NCBI GenBank assembly: GCA_963796955.1
Contig: CAWCNJ010000004.1
Location: 352,001 to 416,000 of the forward strand
Length of the DNA: 64,000 nucleotides
DNA from: Endomicrobiales bacterium
GTDB lineage: Bacteria > Elusimicrobiota > Endomicrobiia > Endomicrobiales > JALOBY01
Reading direction: 5' to 3'
Below the pieces are notes generated by a model. It was not told where the DNA came from. It saw only the letters and a list, made by a program, of their open reading frames with translations, and did no database searches. This document shows, one piece after another, positions 29,314 to 39,256 of this stretch. Every line of letters starts with the position of its first letter. Position 1 is the stretch's first letter. Position numbers and translations under genes: made by a program.

Positions 29314-29436
29314 GTACATTTCGGCCATCTTTCGGATTCACACTTTCAGAACGGCCTCCTGAGACTGCGTCTCATAGCGGAGGCCTCTAGAACCAACACA
29401 CTCTGAAAGTGTTCACCCGAAAATAGCCTCGTGTAC
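29314..29436 (-). repeat. ~120-nt structured hairpin element, copy 1 (inverted)
   Basis: Reverse complement aligns end to end with copies 2 and 3. GTACA...TGTAC ends; invariant GAGACGCAGTCTC core. Confidence 0.92.
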
Positions 29437-29476
29437 GCCGCATTAAGAACAACTGCTGTTCTGTCAACGAAAAACC

Positions 29477-29603
29477 GCTATGTACGAGGGTATTTTCGGG
29501 GAGCATTTTCAGAGTGTGTCGCCTCTCGAGGCCCTCGTCATGAGACGCAGTCTCAGAGGGCCGTTCTGAAAATGCGAGTCGAAAGATACCCGAGATGCAT
29601 AGC
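29477..29603 (+). repeat. ~120-nt structured hairpin element, copy 2
   Basis: Nested stems GCTATGTA/TGCATAGC, GGGTATTTTCG/CGAAA-G-ATACCC, GCATTTTCAG/CTGAAAATGC, GGCCCTC/GAGGGCC, GAGAC/GTCTC. Confidence 0.92.
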
Positions 29604-29620
29604 ACCTTAAGGGAAAAAGT

Positions 29621-30250
29621 ATGAATATAGTGTGTTTAGACCTTGAAGGTGTGTTAGTGCCTGAGATATGGATAGCTTTCTCTGAAAAAACAGGGATTGC
29701 CTCCTTGCGGGCGACGACCAGGGACATCCCTGATTATGATGTTCTTATGAGACAGCGTTTAAAGATACTGAAAGAAAATAACCTTAAGCTGAAAGATATT
29801 CAGGACGTGATCGGTACGTTGAAGCCGCTTGATGGGGCGCTGGATTTCATTAACTGGCTTAGAGAGCGCTTTCAGGTGGCGATATTATCAGATACATTCG
29901 ATGAATTTGCTTTGCCGTTAATGCGCCAGCTTGGCTACCCGATGTTGTTGTGCCATCGACTGGAGATCGACAGTAACGGTATGGTAGCAGGTTACTGTCT
30001 GAGGCAAAAAGAGGCCAAACGCGAATCGGTCAAAGCTTTCAAGAGCCTGAAGTACCAGGTGATCGCCGCAGGCGATTCTTATAATGATACGGCTATGCTT
30101 TCAGAGGCGCACGCGGGGATACTGTTTAAACCTCCCCAGAACGTGATAAACGATTTTCCTCAATTTCCGGTAACAAAGAGCTACGCGGAACTGCAGGATA
30201 CTTTGCTGAAAACTCAAAAACGCTTAAGTGAGGGTAGCATATGCCTTTAG
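29621..30250 (+). CDS. thrH: Phosphoserine phosphatase / homoserine phosphotransferase ThrH
   Basis: HAD motif CLDLEGVLVPEIW, TTRDIPDYDVLM, AAGDSYND. Confidence 0.93.
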   Translation: MNIVCLDLEGVLVPEIWIAFSEKTGIASLRATTRDIPDYDVLMRQRLKILKENNLKLKDIQDVIGTLKPLDGALDFINWLRERFQVAILSDTFDEFALPLMRQLGYPMLLCHRLEIDSNGMVAGYCLRQKEAKRESVKAFKSLKYQVIAAGDSYNDTAMLSEAHAGILFKPPQNVINDFPQFPVTKSYAELQDTLLKTQKRLSEGSICL

Positions 30251-31473
30251 TGGTCATGAAGTTCGGTGGTTCATCGGTAGCGAACGCGGAGAAAATTCGC
30301 CACGTGGCCGGGCGCGTTATTGCCAAAAAGAAGGCCGGTAACAAAGTCGTCGTAGTGGTTTCGGCACCAGGCGACATGACCGACGATCTGATAACAATGT
30401 CCGAGGGCGTGACGGATTCACCCGACGAACGTGAGATGGATATGCTGCTCGCCACAGGTGAACAGGTTTCTATAGCGTTGTTGTCCATGGCCATTAAACA
30501 CATCGGCGGCAAAGCGATATCCCTTACGGGGCCGCAGGCGGGAATTTTCGCGGATGCCTCTCACACGAGAGCCCGCATTACCAGTATCGTGCCGACAAAG
30601 GTGCACCGTGAACTAAAGAAGGGAAATATAGTCATAGTAGCGGGTTTCCAGGGTTTGAACCCTAATGAAGATATCACGACGCTCGGCCGCGGAGGCTCTG
30701 ACCTTACCGCTGTCGCGCTCGCCGCCGCCCTTAAGGCGGACATGTGCGAGATATATACCGACGTTGAGGGCGTTTACACGACCGACCCGCGCGTTGTGCC
30801 TGAAGCGAGAAAGATAAATTACATTTCCTACGAAGAAATGCTGGAGATGGCGGGCCAGGGCGCGCAGGTAATGCAGGGTCGCAGCGTGGAGGTAGGTAAA
30901 AAATACGGGATAGAGATACATGTACGTTCCACGTTCTCAGACAACAACGGCACAATAATAACGACAGAAGAGATCGCCCGGAGGAAGAATATGGAAGAAG
31001 TCGTCGTTTCATCAATAGCGTTCGATAAAAATCAGGTTAAGCTCTCTATCGTTGAAGTGCCCGACCGCCCCGGAATAGCCGCCAAGGTGTTCGGCGCGAT
31101 GGCAAAAGGCAACGTCAACGTAGACATGATAGTACAGTCCGCCGCAGCCGACCGCACGAACGACATTTCCTTCACGGTAAACCGCAGCGAGCTGAAAAAA
31201 GCCATGCCGATACTTGAAAAAGCGCAAAAAGAGCTCGGCGCCAAAGAAATACTGAGCGAGGATAAAGTTGCAAAACTCTCTATAATCGGCGTAGGCATGC
31301 GCAGCCACCCCGGCGTTGCCGCAAAAATGTTCGAGACCCTTGCCGATGAAGGCATCAACATAGAGATGATCTCCACCAGCGAGATCAAAGTAGCCTGCGT
31401 AGTCCGGGAAGATCAGCTCCACGACGCCGTAAAAGCGCTGCATAAGGCCTACGGCCTGGATAAAAAGAAATAA
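30241..31473 (+). CDS. lysC: Aspartate kinase
   Basis: KFGGSS, TTLGRGGSD, YTDVEG, two ACT domains, ISTSEIK. Confidence 0.95.
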   Translation: MPLVVMKFGGSSVANAEKIRHVAGRVIAKKKAGNKVVVVVSAPGDMTDDLITMSEGVTDSPDEREMDMLLATGEQVSIALLSMAIKHIGGKAISLTGPQAGIFADASHTRARITSIVPTKVHRELKKGNIVIVAGFQGLNPNEDITTLGRGGSDLTAVALAAALKADMCEIYTDVEGVYTTDPRVVPEARKINYISYEEMLEMAGQGAQVMQGRSVEVGKKYGIEIHVRSTFSDNNGTIITTEEIARRKNMEEVVVSSIAFDKNQVKLSIVEVPDRPGIAAKVFGAMAKGNVNVDMIVQSAAADRTNDISFTVNRSELKKAMPILEKAQKELGAKEILSEDKVAKLSIIGVGMRSHPGVAAKMFETLADEGINIEMISTSEIKVACVVREDQLHDAVKALHKAYGLDKKK

Positions 31474-31475
31474 GA

Positions 31476-33056
31476 ATGAAAAAAATACAGTTGTTCGATA
31501 CGACGTTGCGGGATGGTGCACAATCCGCGGGGATATCTTTTTCCATCGAAGATAAACTTAAGATCGCGAAGGCGCTTGATGCTTTCGGGATGGATTATAT
31601 CGAAGGCGGCTGGCCGATGGCCAGCGCCAATGTTGAACAATTTTTCAGGGAAGCCGCCAAAATTAAATTCGGTCATTCAAAACTGGTGGCATTCGGTTCT
31701 ACGCGGCATAAGGCGAACAAGGCGCACAACGATCCGAATTTGAAGTCCATAGTGGCTTCAAAGGTAAAGGTGGCCTGCATATTCGGAAAGACGTGGGCCT
31801 TGCACGTGGAACACGCCCTGCATTCGACGCTTGACGATAATTTAAAGATGATCTCGGAGAGCGTCGCGTATTTGCGTTCGAAAGGTCTGAAAGTTGTTTA
31901 TGACGCCGAGCACTTTTTTGACGGATATCTGGATAACCCTGATTATGCCATGGCGACACTGAAGGCAGCGGCAGACGCCGGCGCCTTTAATTTAACGCTG
32001 TGCGAGACCAACGGCGGTAAGCTGCCGGGCGATATCAGGGAACTTGTTGGTGTAGTGCGCAGGGCTTTTCCTGAAATGGAGCTTGGCATACATACACACA
32101 ATGATTCCGATTGCGCCATAGCAAACTCCATAGTCGCCGTTCAGGAAGGCTGCACAATGGTGCAGGGCACCATAAACGGGCTTGGCGAACGCTGTGGTAA
32201 TGCGAACCTTTGTTCTATAATACCGGCGCTGCAGTTAAAACTTGGTTACGGTTGCGTTCCGGAAAAGAAATTGCGCCAGCTTACTGAACTTTCATATTAT
32301 GTGGATGAGGTTGCCAATATCGTCCCGAACGACAACCAGCCCTACGTCGGGCGCAATGCCTTCGCTCATAAAGCCGGCATCCATGCTTCCGCAGTAGCGC
32401 GCTTGTCAGCGACTTACGAGCACCTTGACCCTGCCTGCGTTGGCAATGAACGCAGGATACTGGTCAGCGAGATGGCCGGGAAAAGCAACGTCTCCTTTAA
32501 GGCCAAAGAGCTGGATCTGGATTTTGAGAAAGATCCTCAGGCAGCAAAAAAAATAATAAGCGCCGTAAAAGAAATGGAGAACAACGGTTATCAGTATGAA
32601 GACGCCGATGGTTCCTTTGTACTGCTGACTAAAAAAGCTCTGGGTACCTATATACCAAGCTTTACCCTGAAAGGTTTTCGTGTGAGCGTTGAAAAAGACG
32701 ACCGGGGTGAAATAGTTACCGAAGCGACCGTTAAGCTGGATATTAACGGCCATATCGTGCACACCGTCGCCGAAGGGGACGGACCGGTGAACGCGCTGGA
32801 TAGCTCGCTGCGGAAAGCGCTGCTTAAATTCTACCCCGAGATCGGCGATGTTTCATTGATGGACTTTAAAGTTCGTGTTATAAATGCAGGCGCCGGTACA
32901 GCGGCCAAGGTTCGCGTTTTGATAGAATCAAAAGATGCGCACAGCACCTGGGGCACGATCGGCGTATCAGAGAACTTGATAGATGCTTCTTGGAAAGCTT
33001 TAGTTGATGCGGTAGAATATAAACTTATTGGAAAGAAAATAAAGAAGAAAAAGTAA
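31476..33056 (+). CDS. cimA: Citramalate synthase (alpha-IPM synthase family)
   Basis: DTTLRDGAQ, YIEGGWP, YDAEHFFDG, HTHND, GERCGNAN, AFAHKAG; these match the CimA subfamily. Confidence 0.88.
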   Translation: MKKIQLFDTTLRDGAQSAGISFSIEDKLKIAKALDAFGMDYIEGGWPMASANVEQFFREAAKIKFGHSKLVAFGSTRHKANKAHNDPNLKSIVASKVKVACIFGKTWALHVEHALHSTLDDNLKMISESVAYLRSKGLKVVYDAEHFFDGYLDNPDYAMATLKAAADAGAFNLTLCETNGGKLPGDIRELVGVVRRAFPEMELGIHTHNDSDCAIANSIVAVQEGCTMVQGTINGLGERCGNANLCSIIPALQLKLGYGCVPEKKLRQLTELSYYVDEVANIVPNDNQPYVGRNAFAHKAGIHASAVARLSATYEHLDPACVGNERRILVSEMAGKSNVSFKAKELDLDFEKDPQAAKKIISAVKEMENNGYQYEDADGSFVLLTKKALGTYIPSFTLKGFRVSVEKDDRGEIVTEATVKLDINGHIVHTVAEGDGPVNALDSSLRKALLKFYPEIGDVSLMDFKVRVINAGAGTAAKVRVLIESKDAHSTWGTIGVSENLIDASWKALVDAVEYKLIGKKIKKKK

Positions 33057-33071
33057 CAGTTAAAAGTTTTT

Positions 33072-33149
33072 ATCCCGCCACTGTGAGGCACACACGCCGT
33101 TGGCGGCGGGATTTCGCGATGAAGCTATGACAAAAACAAGAGGTGCTAC
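33072..33149 (+). repeat. Hairpin+RBS leader module, copy B (upstream of ilvD)
   Basis: Same length and spacing to ATG as copy A; ends CAAGAGGTGCTAC-ATG. Confidence 0.88.
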
Positions 33150-34799
33150 ATGAGAAGCGATGCAATAAAGAAAGGGGCGCGACGCGCGCCGAACCGCTGC
33201 CTTATATATGCTACTGGTATATCAGATCGTGACATAAACAAACCTTTTATCGGTATAGCCTCATCTTTTACCGACCTTGTTCCGGGCCACATAGGCATGC
33301 GCGACCTTGAACGTTATATCGAACGCGGCATCGCTGCCGGCGGCGGAGTTCCATTTATTTTCGGAACACCCGCTATCTGCGACGGTATTGCTATGGGCCA
33401 CGGCGGCATGCACTATTCCCTGCCCAGCCGCGAACTAATTGCCGACATGGTTGAATCCGTCGCTAACGCTCATGCGCTTGACGGCCTCGTGCTGCTCACC
33501 AATTGCGATAAGATAACCCCGGGCATGTTGATGGCCGCGGGGCGCCTGAATATTCCGACGATCGTCGTTACCGCCGGCCCCATGATGACCGGCCGGTACG
33601 GTGGCAAGCGCCGCAGCTTTGTGCGCGATACCTTCGAAGCTGTCGGCCAGTATCAGGCGGGAAAAATGAAGGGATCCGAGCTGACCGCCCTTGAGATGGC
33701 GGCCTGCCCCGGTGCAGGTTCCTGTCAGGGTCTTTATACGGCTAATACAATGGCCTGCCTGACCGAGACCATGGGTATGTCCTTGCCCGGCTGCGCTACG
33801 GCTCTTGCGGTTTCGGCTAAAAAACGTCGTATCGCCTATGAATCCGGTATACGCGTTGTTGAGCTCGTAAAAGAAAATATTACTCCAAGAAAGATAATGA
33901 CGGAAAAAGCCTTTCATAATGCCGTTATGGTAGACGTTGCACTCGGCGGTTCATCCAATACCGTTCTGCATTTGCCGGCTATCGCCCATGATGCCGGAGT
34001 GAAACTTGAACTGGATATGTTCGATAAGGTGTCTAAGAAGACTCCACATATAACCTGCATGGAGCCCGCCGGAGACCATTACATGGAAGACCTGGATTAC
34101 GCGGGCGGCATACCGGCTGTTCTTTCAGCGCTCAGGGCAAAACTGCTGCCCGGTCTTACGGTGAGCGGGAAAAATATACTTGATATAGCAAAAAATGCAG
34201 CCGTGCTTGATACAGATGTTATCCGCGCGAAGAACCCGTATCATAAAGAAGGCGGCATAGCCATTTTGAAGGGCAATATATCGCCAGATGGCTGCGTAGT
34301 GAAGCAAAGCGGAGTCTCGGAAAAAATGATGGTCTTTACCGGCACTGCCCGCGTTTTTGAATCCGAAGAAACAGCGATGAACGCCATCCTTGGCAAAAAG
34401 GTCAAGAAAGGCGATGTCGTGGTTATACGCTACGAAGGTCCCAAAGGCGGCCCGGGTATGCGCGAGATGCTTGCCCCGACGGCAACGCTGCAGGGCATGG
34501 GCCTTGCCGATTCAGTGGCACTTATTACTGACGGCAGGTTCTCAGGCGGCACCAGGGGCCCCTGCATAGGCCACATTTCGCCTGAAGCAGCGGAAGGCGG
34601 ACCTATCGCCGCTATACGCGACGGAGATATTATTAAAATAGATATACATAAACGCCAGCTGAACGTTGAGCTGACGCCGGATGAGATAAAAGCGCGCATG
34701 GCCAAATGGAAGCCGCCTGCGCCGAAATTCACCACCGGTTATCTGAGCCGATACCAGAAGATGGTAACATCGGCGAGCACGGGCGCCATTGTCAAATAA
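33150..34799 (+). CDS. ilvD: Dihydroxy-acid dehydratase
   Basis: [40 protein letters not shown]. Confidence 0.97.
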   Translation: MRSDAIKKGARRAPNRCLIYATGISDRDINKPFIGIASSFTDLVPGHIGMRDLERYIERGIAAGGGVPFIFGTPAICDGIAMGHGGMHYSLPSRELIADMVESVANAHALDGLVLLTNCDKITPGMLMAAGRLNIPTIVVTAGPMMTGRYGGKRRSFVRDTFEAVGQYQAGKMKGSELTALEMAACPGAGSCQGLYTANTMACLTETMGMSLPGCATALAVSAKKRRIAYESGIRVVELVKENITPRKIMTEKAFHNAVMVDVALGGSSNTVLHLPAIAHDAGVKLELDMFDKVSKKTPHITCMEPAGDHYMEDLDYAGGIPAVLSALRAKLLPGLTVSGKNILDIAKNAAVLDTDVIRAKNPYHKEGGIAILKGNISPDGCVVKQSGVSEKMMVFTGTARVFESEETAMNAILGKKVKKGDVVVIRYEGPKGGPGMREMLAPTATLQGMGLADSVALITDGRFSGGTRGPCIGHISPEAAEGGPIAAIRDGDIIKIDIHKRQLNVELTPDEIKARMAKWKPPAPKFTTGYLSRYQKMVTSASTGAIVK

Positions 34800-34862
34800 T
34801 ACCGTGTTAACGCCGCTGGGCGCCCACGGGCGCATAAACTCGGATAATTCAGGAGAAGTATA

Positions 34863-36598
34863 ATGATAAAAACAGGAGCAGAGATACTGGTGGAATGCCT
34901 TATGCGCGAAGGGTCGGATATGGTTTTTGGCTATCCGGGCGGCCAGGTTATTCCGATATTTGACGCAATATACCGCAGTAAGCTTAACCTTGTGCTGGTG
35001 CGCCATGAACAGGGCGCCGCCCATATGGCAGACGGTTTTTCACGCTCGACCGGCAGGGTCGGCGTTTGTCTTGCCACATCAGGGCCGGGCGCCACAAACC
35101 TTGTTACCGGTCTTGGCACGGCATACATGGATTCTATACCCATGGTCGCTATTACCGGACAGGTGCCGACAACATTGATCGGCAACGATGCTTTTCAGGA
35201 AGCCGATACGACGGGCATAACGCGCCCTGTCACAAAACATAATTTCTTGGTGAAAGATGTTAAGGACCTTGCGCGTACGATTCGCGAGGCTTACCATATC
35301 GCTTCCACCGGCAGGCCGGGTCCCGTCCTGGTGGATATTCCCGCTGACGTTCAGCGGGCTTCTACGGAATTCATTTGGCCAGAAAAAGTCGATATCAGGT
35401 CGTATAAACCGAATCTCGTTGGACATCCCGGACAGATAAAAAAAGCCGCGCAGGCTATAAACGAGGCGAAACACCCGGTGCTCTACATCGGCGGCGGAGT
35501 TATTACGAGCAGTGCGGAAAAAGAGTTATGCGAGCTGGCTGCCAAGGCTGAGATCCCGGTTACAAATACGTTACTTGGGATCGGCGCTTTTCCGCCTCAG
35601 TCGCCGCTTTATCTGGGTATGCCGGGCATGCACGGAACATATTACGCCAATATGGCCATACAAAATTCCGATCTGATAATTGCCGTAGGCGCCCGTTTGA
35701 CGACAGGGTTACCGGAAAGGTCTCGGCTTTCGCACCGAAGGCAAAAATAGTCCATATTGACATCGACCCGACCTCGATCTCTAAAAGTATTGTGGCAAAT
35801 ATTGCCATAGTCGGAGACGCAAAAGGCATACTGAAAGAATTGCTTAAAGATGTCCGCAACAATAAGCATGCCGAGTGGATGAAGACCATCGCAAATTGGA
35901 AAAAGACACATCCTCTCACATATAAAGACACAGACAACAGGCTGCGCCCGCAGTACGTGATCGATCAGATCAGCGAACTGACAAAAGGCGAGGCGATAGT
36001 CGTTACCGAGGTGGGCCAGCATCAGATGTGGGCGGCCCAATTCTATAAGGCCAGCAAGCCGAGGAATTTCTTGAGCTCAGGCGGTCTTGGCACCATGGGT
36101 TTTGGATTTCCTGCCGGTATAGGCGCGAAAATGGCCAACCCTAAAGAGCAGGTTATAGTTATAGCGGGAGATGGTTCCATTCAGATGAACATTCAGGAAA
36201 TGGCTACCGCCGTGCTTAACGGGGTGAACGTTAAAATAGTTATACTTAACAATTCATATCTTGGCATGGTGCGCCAGTGGCAGGAGATGTTCTGGGACAA
36301 GCATTATTCTTCCGTCTGTCTGAAAAAGAACGACCAGTGCCCGTTCCGCTGCAACAAGCGCACCGCCGACTGCCCGGGCTATATACCGGACTTCGTGAAA
36401 CTTGCCGAGGCCTACGGGGCGGTGGGTATGCGTGTCACTGATAAAAAAGATGTAATCTCGTCATTGAAAAAGGCATTAAAACTCAACAAGACGGTTGTTA
36501 TGGAATTTATAGTTGAAGAGCAGGAAAATGTTTATCCCATGGTGCCGGCCGGCCACGCTCTGGATGAAATCGTCACTCTTACAACTAACCTCGCATAA
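34863..36598 (+). CDS. ilvB: Acetolactate synthase large subunit (apparent 1-bp frameshift at 35696-35698)
   Basis: [14 protein letters not shown] and GMPGMHG in the first frame; VGQHQMW, GGLGTMG and GDGS in the second. One extra T restores GARFDDRVTG. Confidence 0.94.
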
Positions 36599-36609
36599 GG
36601 AGAAATAGA

Positions 36610-37104
36610 ATGCGCCATACCATATCAGTCCTGGTGGAAAATAAGTTCGGTGTCCTTGCGCGTATATCAACATTGTTCGCGGCGCGGGGTTTTAACATAG
36701 ATTCGCTTTCAGTCGGTGAGACGGAGAATCCTGATGTTTCACGCATGACCATCATCGTTCAGGGCGACGACCGCATACTTGAGCAGGTGGAAAAACAGCT
36801 TAATAAACTTGTCGATGTTATCAAGGTGCTGGACTTTCAACAGACCAAGCACATTGAGCGTGACCTGGCTCTGTTGAAAGTGAAAGTTGATAAACATAAC
36901 CGCTCTGAGATTATGCAGATGGTAGATGTCTTTCGGGCGAAGATAATCGATGTCGCCCAGGATTCTATAATAGTAGAGATAACGGGCACGGAAGATAAAG
37001 TTGACGCTTTGATGGAGCTGTTCAAGCCCTTCGGCATCAAAGAAATGTCCCGCACCGGTGTTATCGCCATGGCTAGAGGTTCTAAGCTTGGTAATAGTAA
37101 ATAG
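36610..37104 (+). CDS. ilvN: Acetolactate synthase small subunit
   Basis: ACT domain ENKFGVLAR, RGFNIDSL, KQLNKLVDV. Confidence 0.95.
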   Translation: MRHTISVLVENKFGVLARISTLFAARGFNIDSLSVGETENPDVSRMTIIVQGDDRILEQVEKQLNKLVDVIKVLDFQQTKHIERDLALLKVKVDKHNRSEIMQMVDVFRAKIIDVAQDSIIVEITGTEDKVDALMELFKPFGIKEMSRTGVIAMARGSKLGNSK

Positions 37105-37105
37105 A

Positions 37106-37225
37106 GTACACGAGGCTATTTTCGGTGGGCATTTTCAGTGTGTGTCGCCTCTCGAGGCCCATGTTATGAGACGCAGTCTCTGAGGGTCGTTCTGAAAATG
37201 CGAAGCGAAAGATAGCCGAATGTAC
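37106..37225 (+). repeat. ~120-nt structured hairpin element, copy 3 (ilvN-ilvC spacer)
   Basis: GTACACGAGGCTATTTTCG...GAGACGCAGTCTC...CGAAAGATAGCCGAATGTAC. Confidence 0.92.
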
Positions 37226-37288
37226 GATAATGATCGAGATGTAGGTTTTTGAATTAAAGTAATATACGTTAAAACAGGAGGAAGTAAA

Positions 37289-38290
37289 ATGGCAGCCAAA
37301 ATGTATTATGACAAAGATGCGAATCTGGATCTTCTTAAGGGTAAAAAAATAGCGGTGATCGGTTACGGTTCACAGGGCCATGCACAGGCGCAGAACCTGC
37401 GTGATTCAGGCTTGAACGTTGTTGTCGGCCAGCGCGAAGGCGGCGACAATTATAAGAAGGCGATCGCCGACGGTTTTAAGCCGGTCAGCGCTGCTGATGC
37501 TACCAAGGGTGCGGATTGGATACATATCCTTTTGCCCGACGAAGTACAGGCGGGCATCTGGAGCAATGACATATTGCCGAATTTGAAAAAAGGCGCCACC
37601 GTCAGCTTCTCTCATGGTTTTAATATCCGTTTCTTCCAGATAGAGCCGCCCGCGGATACGAATGTGGTGATGATAGCTCCCAAGGGCCCCGGCCATCTTG
37701 TGCGGCGCCAGTATGAGGAAGGCAAGGGCGTTCCCTGCCTTATAGCCGTGCATAACGACGCGACCGGTAATGCCAAGGATCTGGCACTTGCGTTCGCCAA
37801 AGGCGTCGGCGGAACACGCGGCGGTGTGCTTGAAACAACGTTCTCTGAAGAGACCGAGACGGATCTTTTCGGCGAGCAGGTGGTACTGTGCGGCGGACTT
37901 GTTGAACTGATCCGCGCCGGATTCGAAACGCTTGTTGAAGCCGGCTACCAGCCTGAGATCGCGTACTTTGAATGTCTGCACGAGTGTAAGCTTATAATAG
38001 ACCTGATATGGGAAGGCGGCATCAACCGCATGAATTATTCCGTTTCAGATACCGCGGAATACGGTGAATATAAAGTCGGCAAACGCATTATTACCGACGA
38101 GACACGCAAAGAAATGAAGAAAGTGCTTGCCGATATCGTTTCCGGACAGTTCGCGCACGACTGGCTGCTGGAGAACCGCCTCGGCCGCCCTAAATTCAAA
38201 CATTCACGCAAAGTCTGCAAGGAAGAGCCTATTGAAGTCGTCGGCAGCAAGCTGCGCGCGATGATGCCGTGGCTGAATAAGGGGAAATAA
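37289..38290 (+). CDS. ilvC: Ketol-acid reductoisomerase
   Basis: [32 protein letters not shown]. Confidence 0.97.
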   Translation: MAAKMYYDKDANLDLLKGKKIAVIGYGSQGHAQAQNLRDSGLNVVVGQREGGDNYKKAIADGFKPVSAADATKGADWIHILLPDEVQAGIWSNDILPNLKKGATVSFSHGFNIRFFQIEPPADTNVVMIAPKGPGHLVRRQYEEGKGVPCLIAVHNDATGNAKDLALAFAKGVGGTRGGVLETTFSEETETDLFGEQVVLCGGLVELIRAGFETLVEAGYQPEIAYFECLHECKLIIDLIWEGGINRMNYSVSDTAEYGEYKVGKRIITDETRKEMKKVLADIVSGQFAHDWLLENRLGRPKFKHSRKVCKEEPIEVVGSKLRAMMPWLNKGK

Positions 38291-39256
38291 ATGCTTAAGC
38301 CGTTCTTTAAGCCTAAGACGGTGCGGCTTGGCATTATCGCCGCTGTCGTGCTGGTATTGGGCGGCGTTACGGTTGACCTTGTTATGGACACTATCGTCCA
38401 TTCCCGCAAGGATGTGATGGTGCCGGACTTTAAGGGAAAATCCCTGGGCGAAGCGATGACCATGACCGCCTCCATGAACCTGGGCATTAAAAAAGAAGGG
38501 GACGAGTTCGCTCAGAACCTTCCGGCGGGCACCATCATACGCCAAAACCCGCTGCCCGGTATGACGGTGAAAGAAGGTAAGATCATAAAGGTCACGCTCA
38601 GCCGCGGCGGAGAAGTGCTGTTCGTCCCTTCGCTTACCGGCCAGCCGGTGCGGACTGCCGAGATCGCTATTCGCCAGGCCGGGCTTGCCCTTGGTGAAGA
38701 GGGAACGCGTTTTTCTCTCAAGGTTGAAAAAGGCGATGTTATATCACAGGATCCGCAGCCCGGCGCGATCGCCGATAAAGATTCTATCGTGAGCCTTGTC
38801 GTTTCAGCAGGTCGCCCGCCGGAAGGCACCCTGCTGGTCCCGGATTTTTCAGGGAAAAGCATCGATGAGGCAAAGTCGTGGGCTTCCTCCAACAAGATCA
38901 GCCTGCAGATAGCGGAAGAAAAATCTACTACCGCAGGCGCGGGCACCGTATTACGCCAAAATCCCACGCCAGATCAGGAAATAACCGGGGGGGGCACCGT
39001 TTCGGTAGTGATAGCGTCCGGCCAGTCATCCGGCAACGCACCGTCAATAGGGCGTAATTTCTATTACGAGATACCCCAGGGCGGCGAAACCCGTAAAGTA
39101 CGCATCACCATGCTTGACGATACGGGTGAAACCGAGATATTCAAGGGTGAACGCGCGCCCGGCAGCAAAATAGAGATACCGATCAATGCACGGGGTGCGG
39201 CCCGGGCAAGAATATACCTTAACGGCATATTGGTTGAGGAAACGGATATTAAATAA
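38291..39256 (+). CDS. Membrane-anchored triple-PASTA-domain protein
   Basis: TM helix, then three VP.x.G...Q.P.PG repeats; no kinase domain. Confidence 0.88.
   Translation: MLKPFFKPKTVRLGIIAAVVLVLGGVTVDLVMDTIVHSRKDVMVPDFKGKSLGEAMTMTASMNLGIKKEGDEFAQNLPAGTIIRQNPLPGMTVKEGKIIKVTLSRGGEVLFVPSLTGQPVRTAEIAIRQAGLALGEEGTRFSLKVEKGDVISQDPQPGAIADKDSIVSLVVSAGRPPEGTLLVPDFSGKSIDEAKSWASSNKISLQIAEEKSTTAGAGTVLRQNPTPDQEITGGGTVSVVIASGQSSGNAPSIGRNFYYEIPQGGETRKVRITMLDDTGETEIFKGERAPGSKIEIPINARGAARARIYLNGILVEETDIK

Noticed and set aside
29446..29462. LexA box in the doublet spacer (GAAC-N7-GTTC)
   Set aside because: The spacing does not fit the GAAC-N4-GTTC box, and the downstream genes are not SOS genes.
29314..29603. 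CRISPR array or canonical integron attC interpretation of the repeats
   Set aside because: There is no direct repeat-spacer periodicity and no cas gene. The ends lack RYYYAAC/GTTRRRY, the neighbours are housekeeping genes and there is no integrase.
29387..29727. Short minus-strand ORFs (72 aa) over the repeat doublet
   Set aside because: They are by-products of the palindromic element, with no SD or protein-like features.
34820..34833. Small hairpin GCGCC-CACG-GGCGC between ilvD and ilvB
   Set aside because: Single copy with a 5-bp stem and no U-tract; not enough to call a terminator or repeat.
37106..37225. T-box, ppGpp/ykkC or other known riboswitch upstream of ilvC or thrH
   Set aside because: I found no T-box antiterminator or recognisable aptamer consensus. 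One copy is antisense to the operon, which argues against a simple riboswitch.
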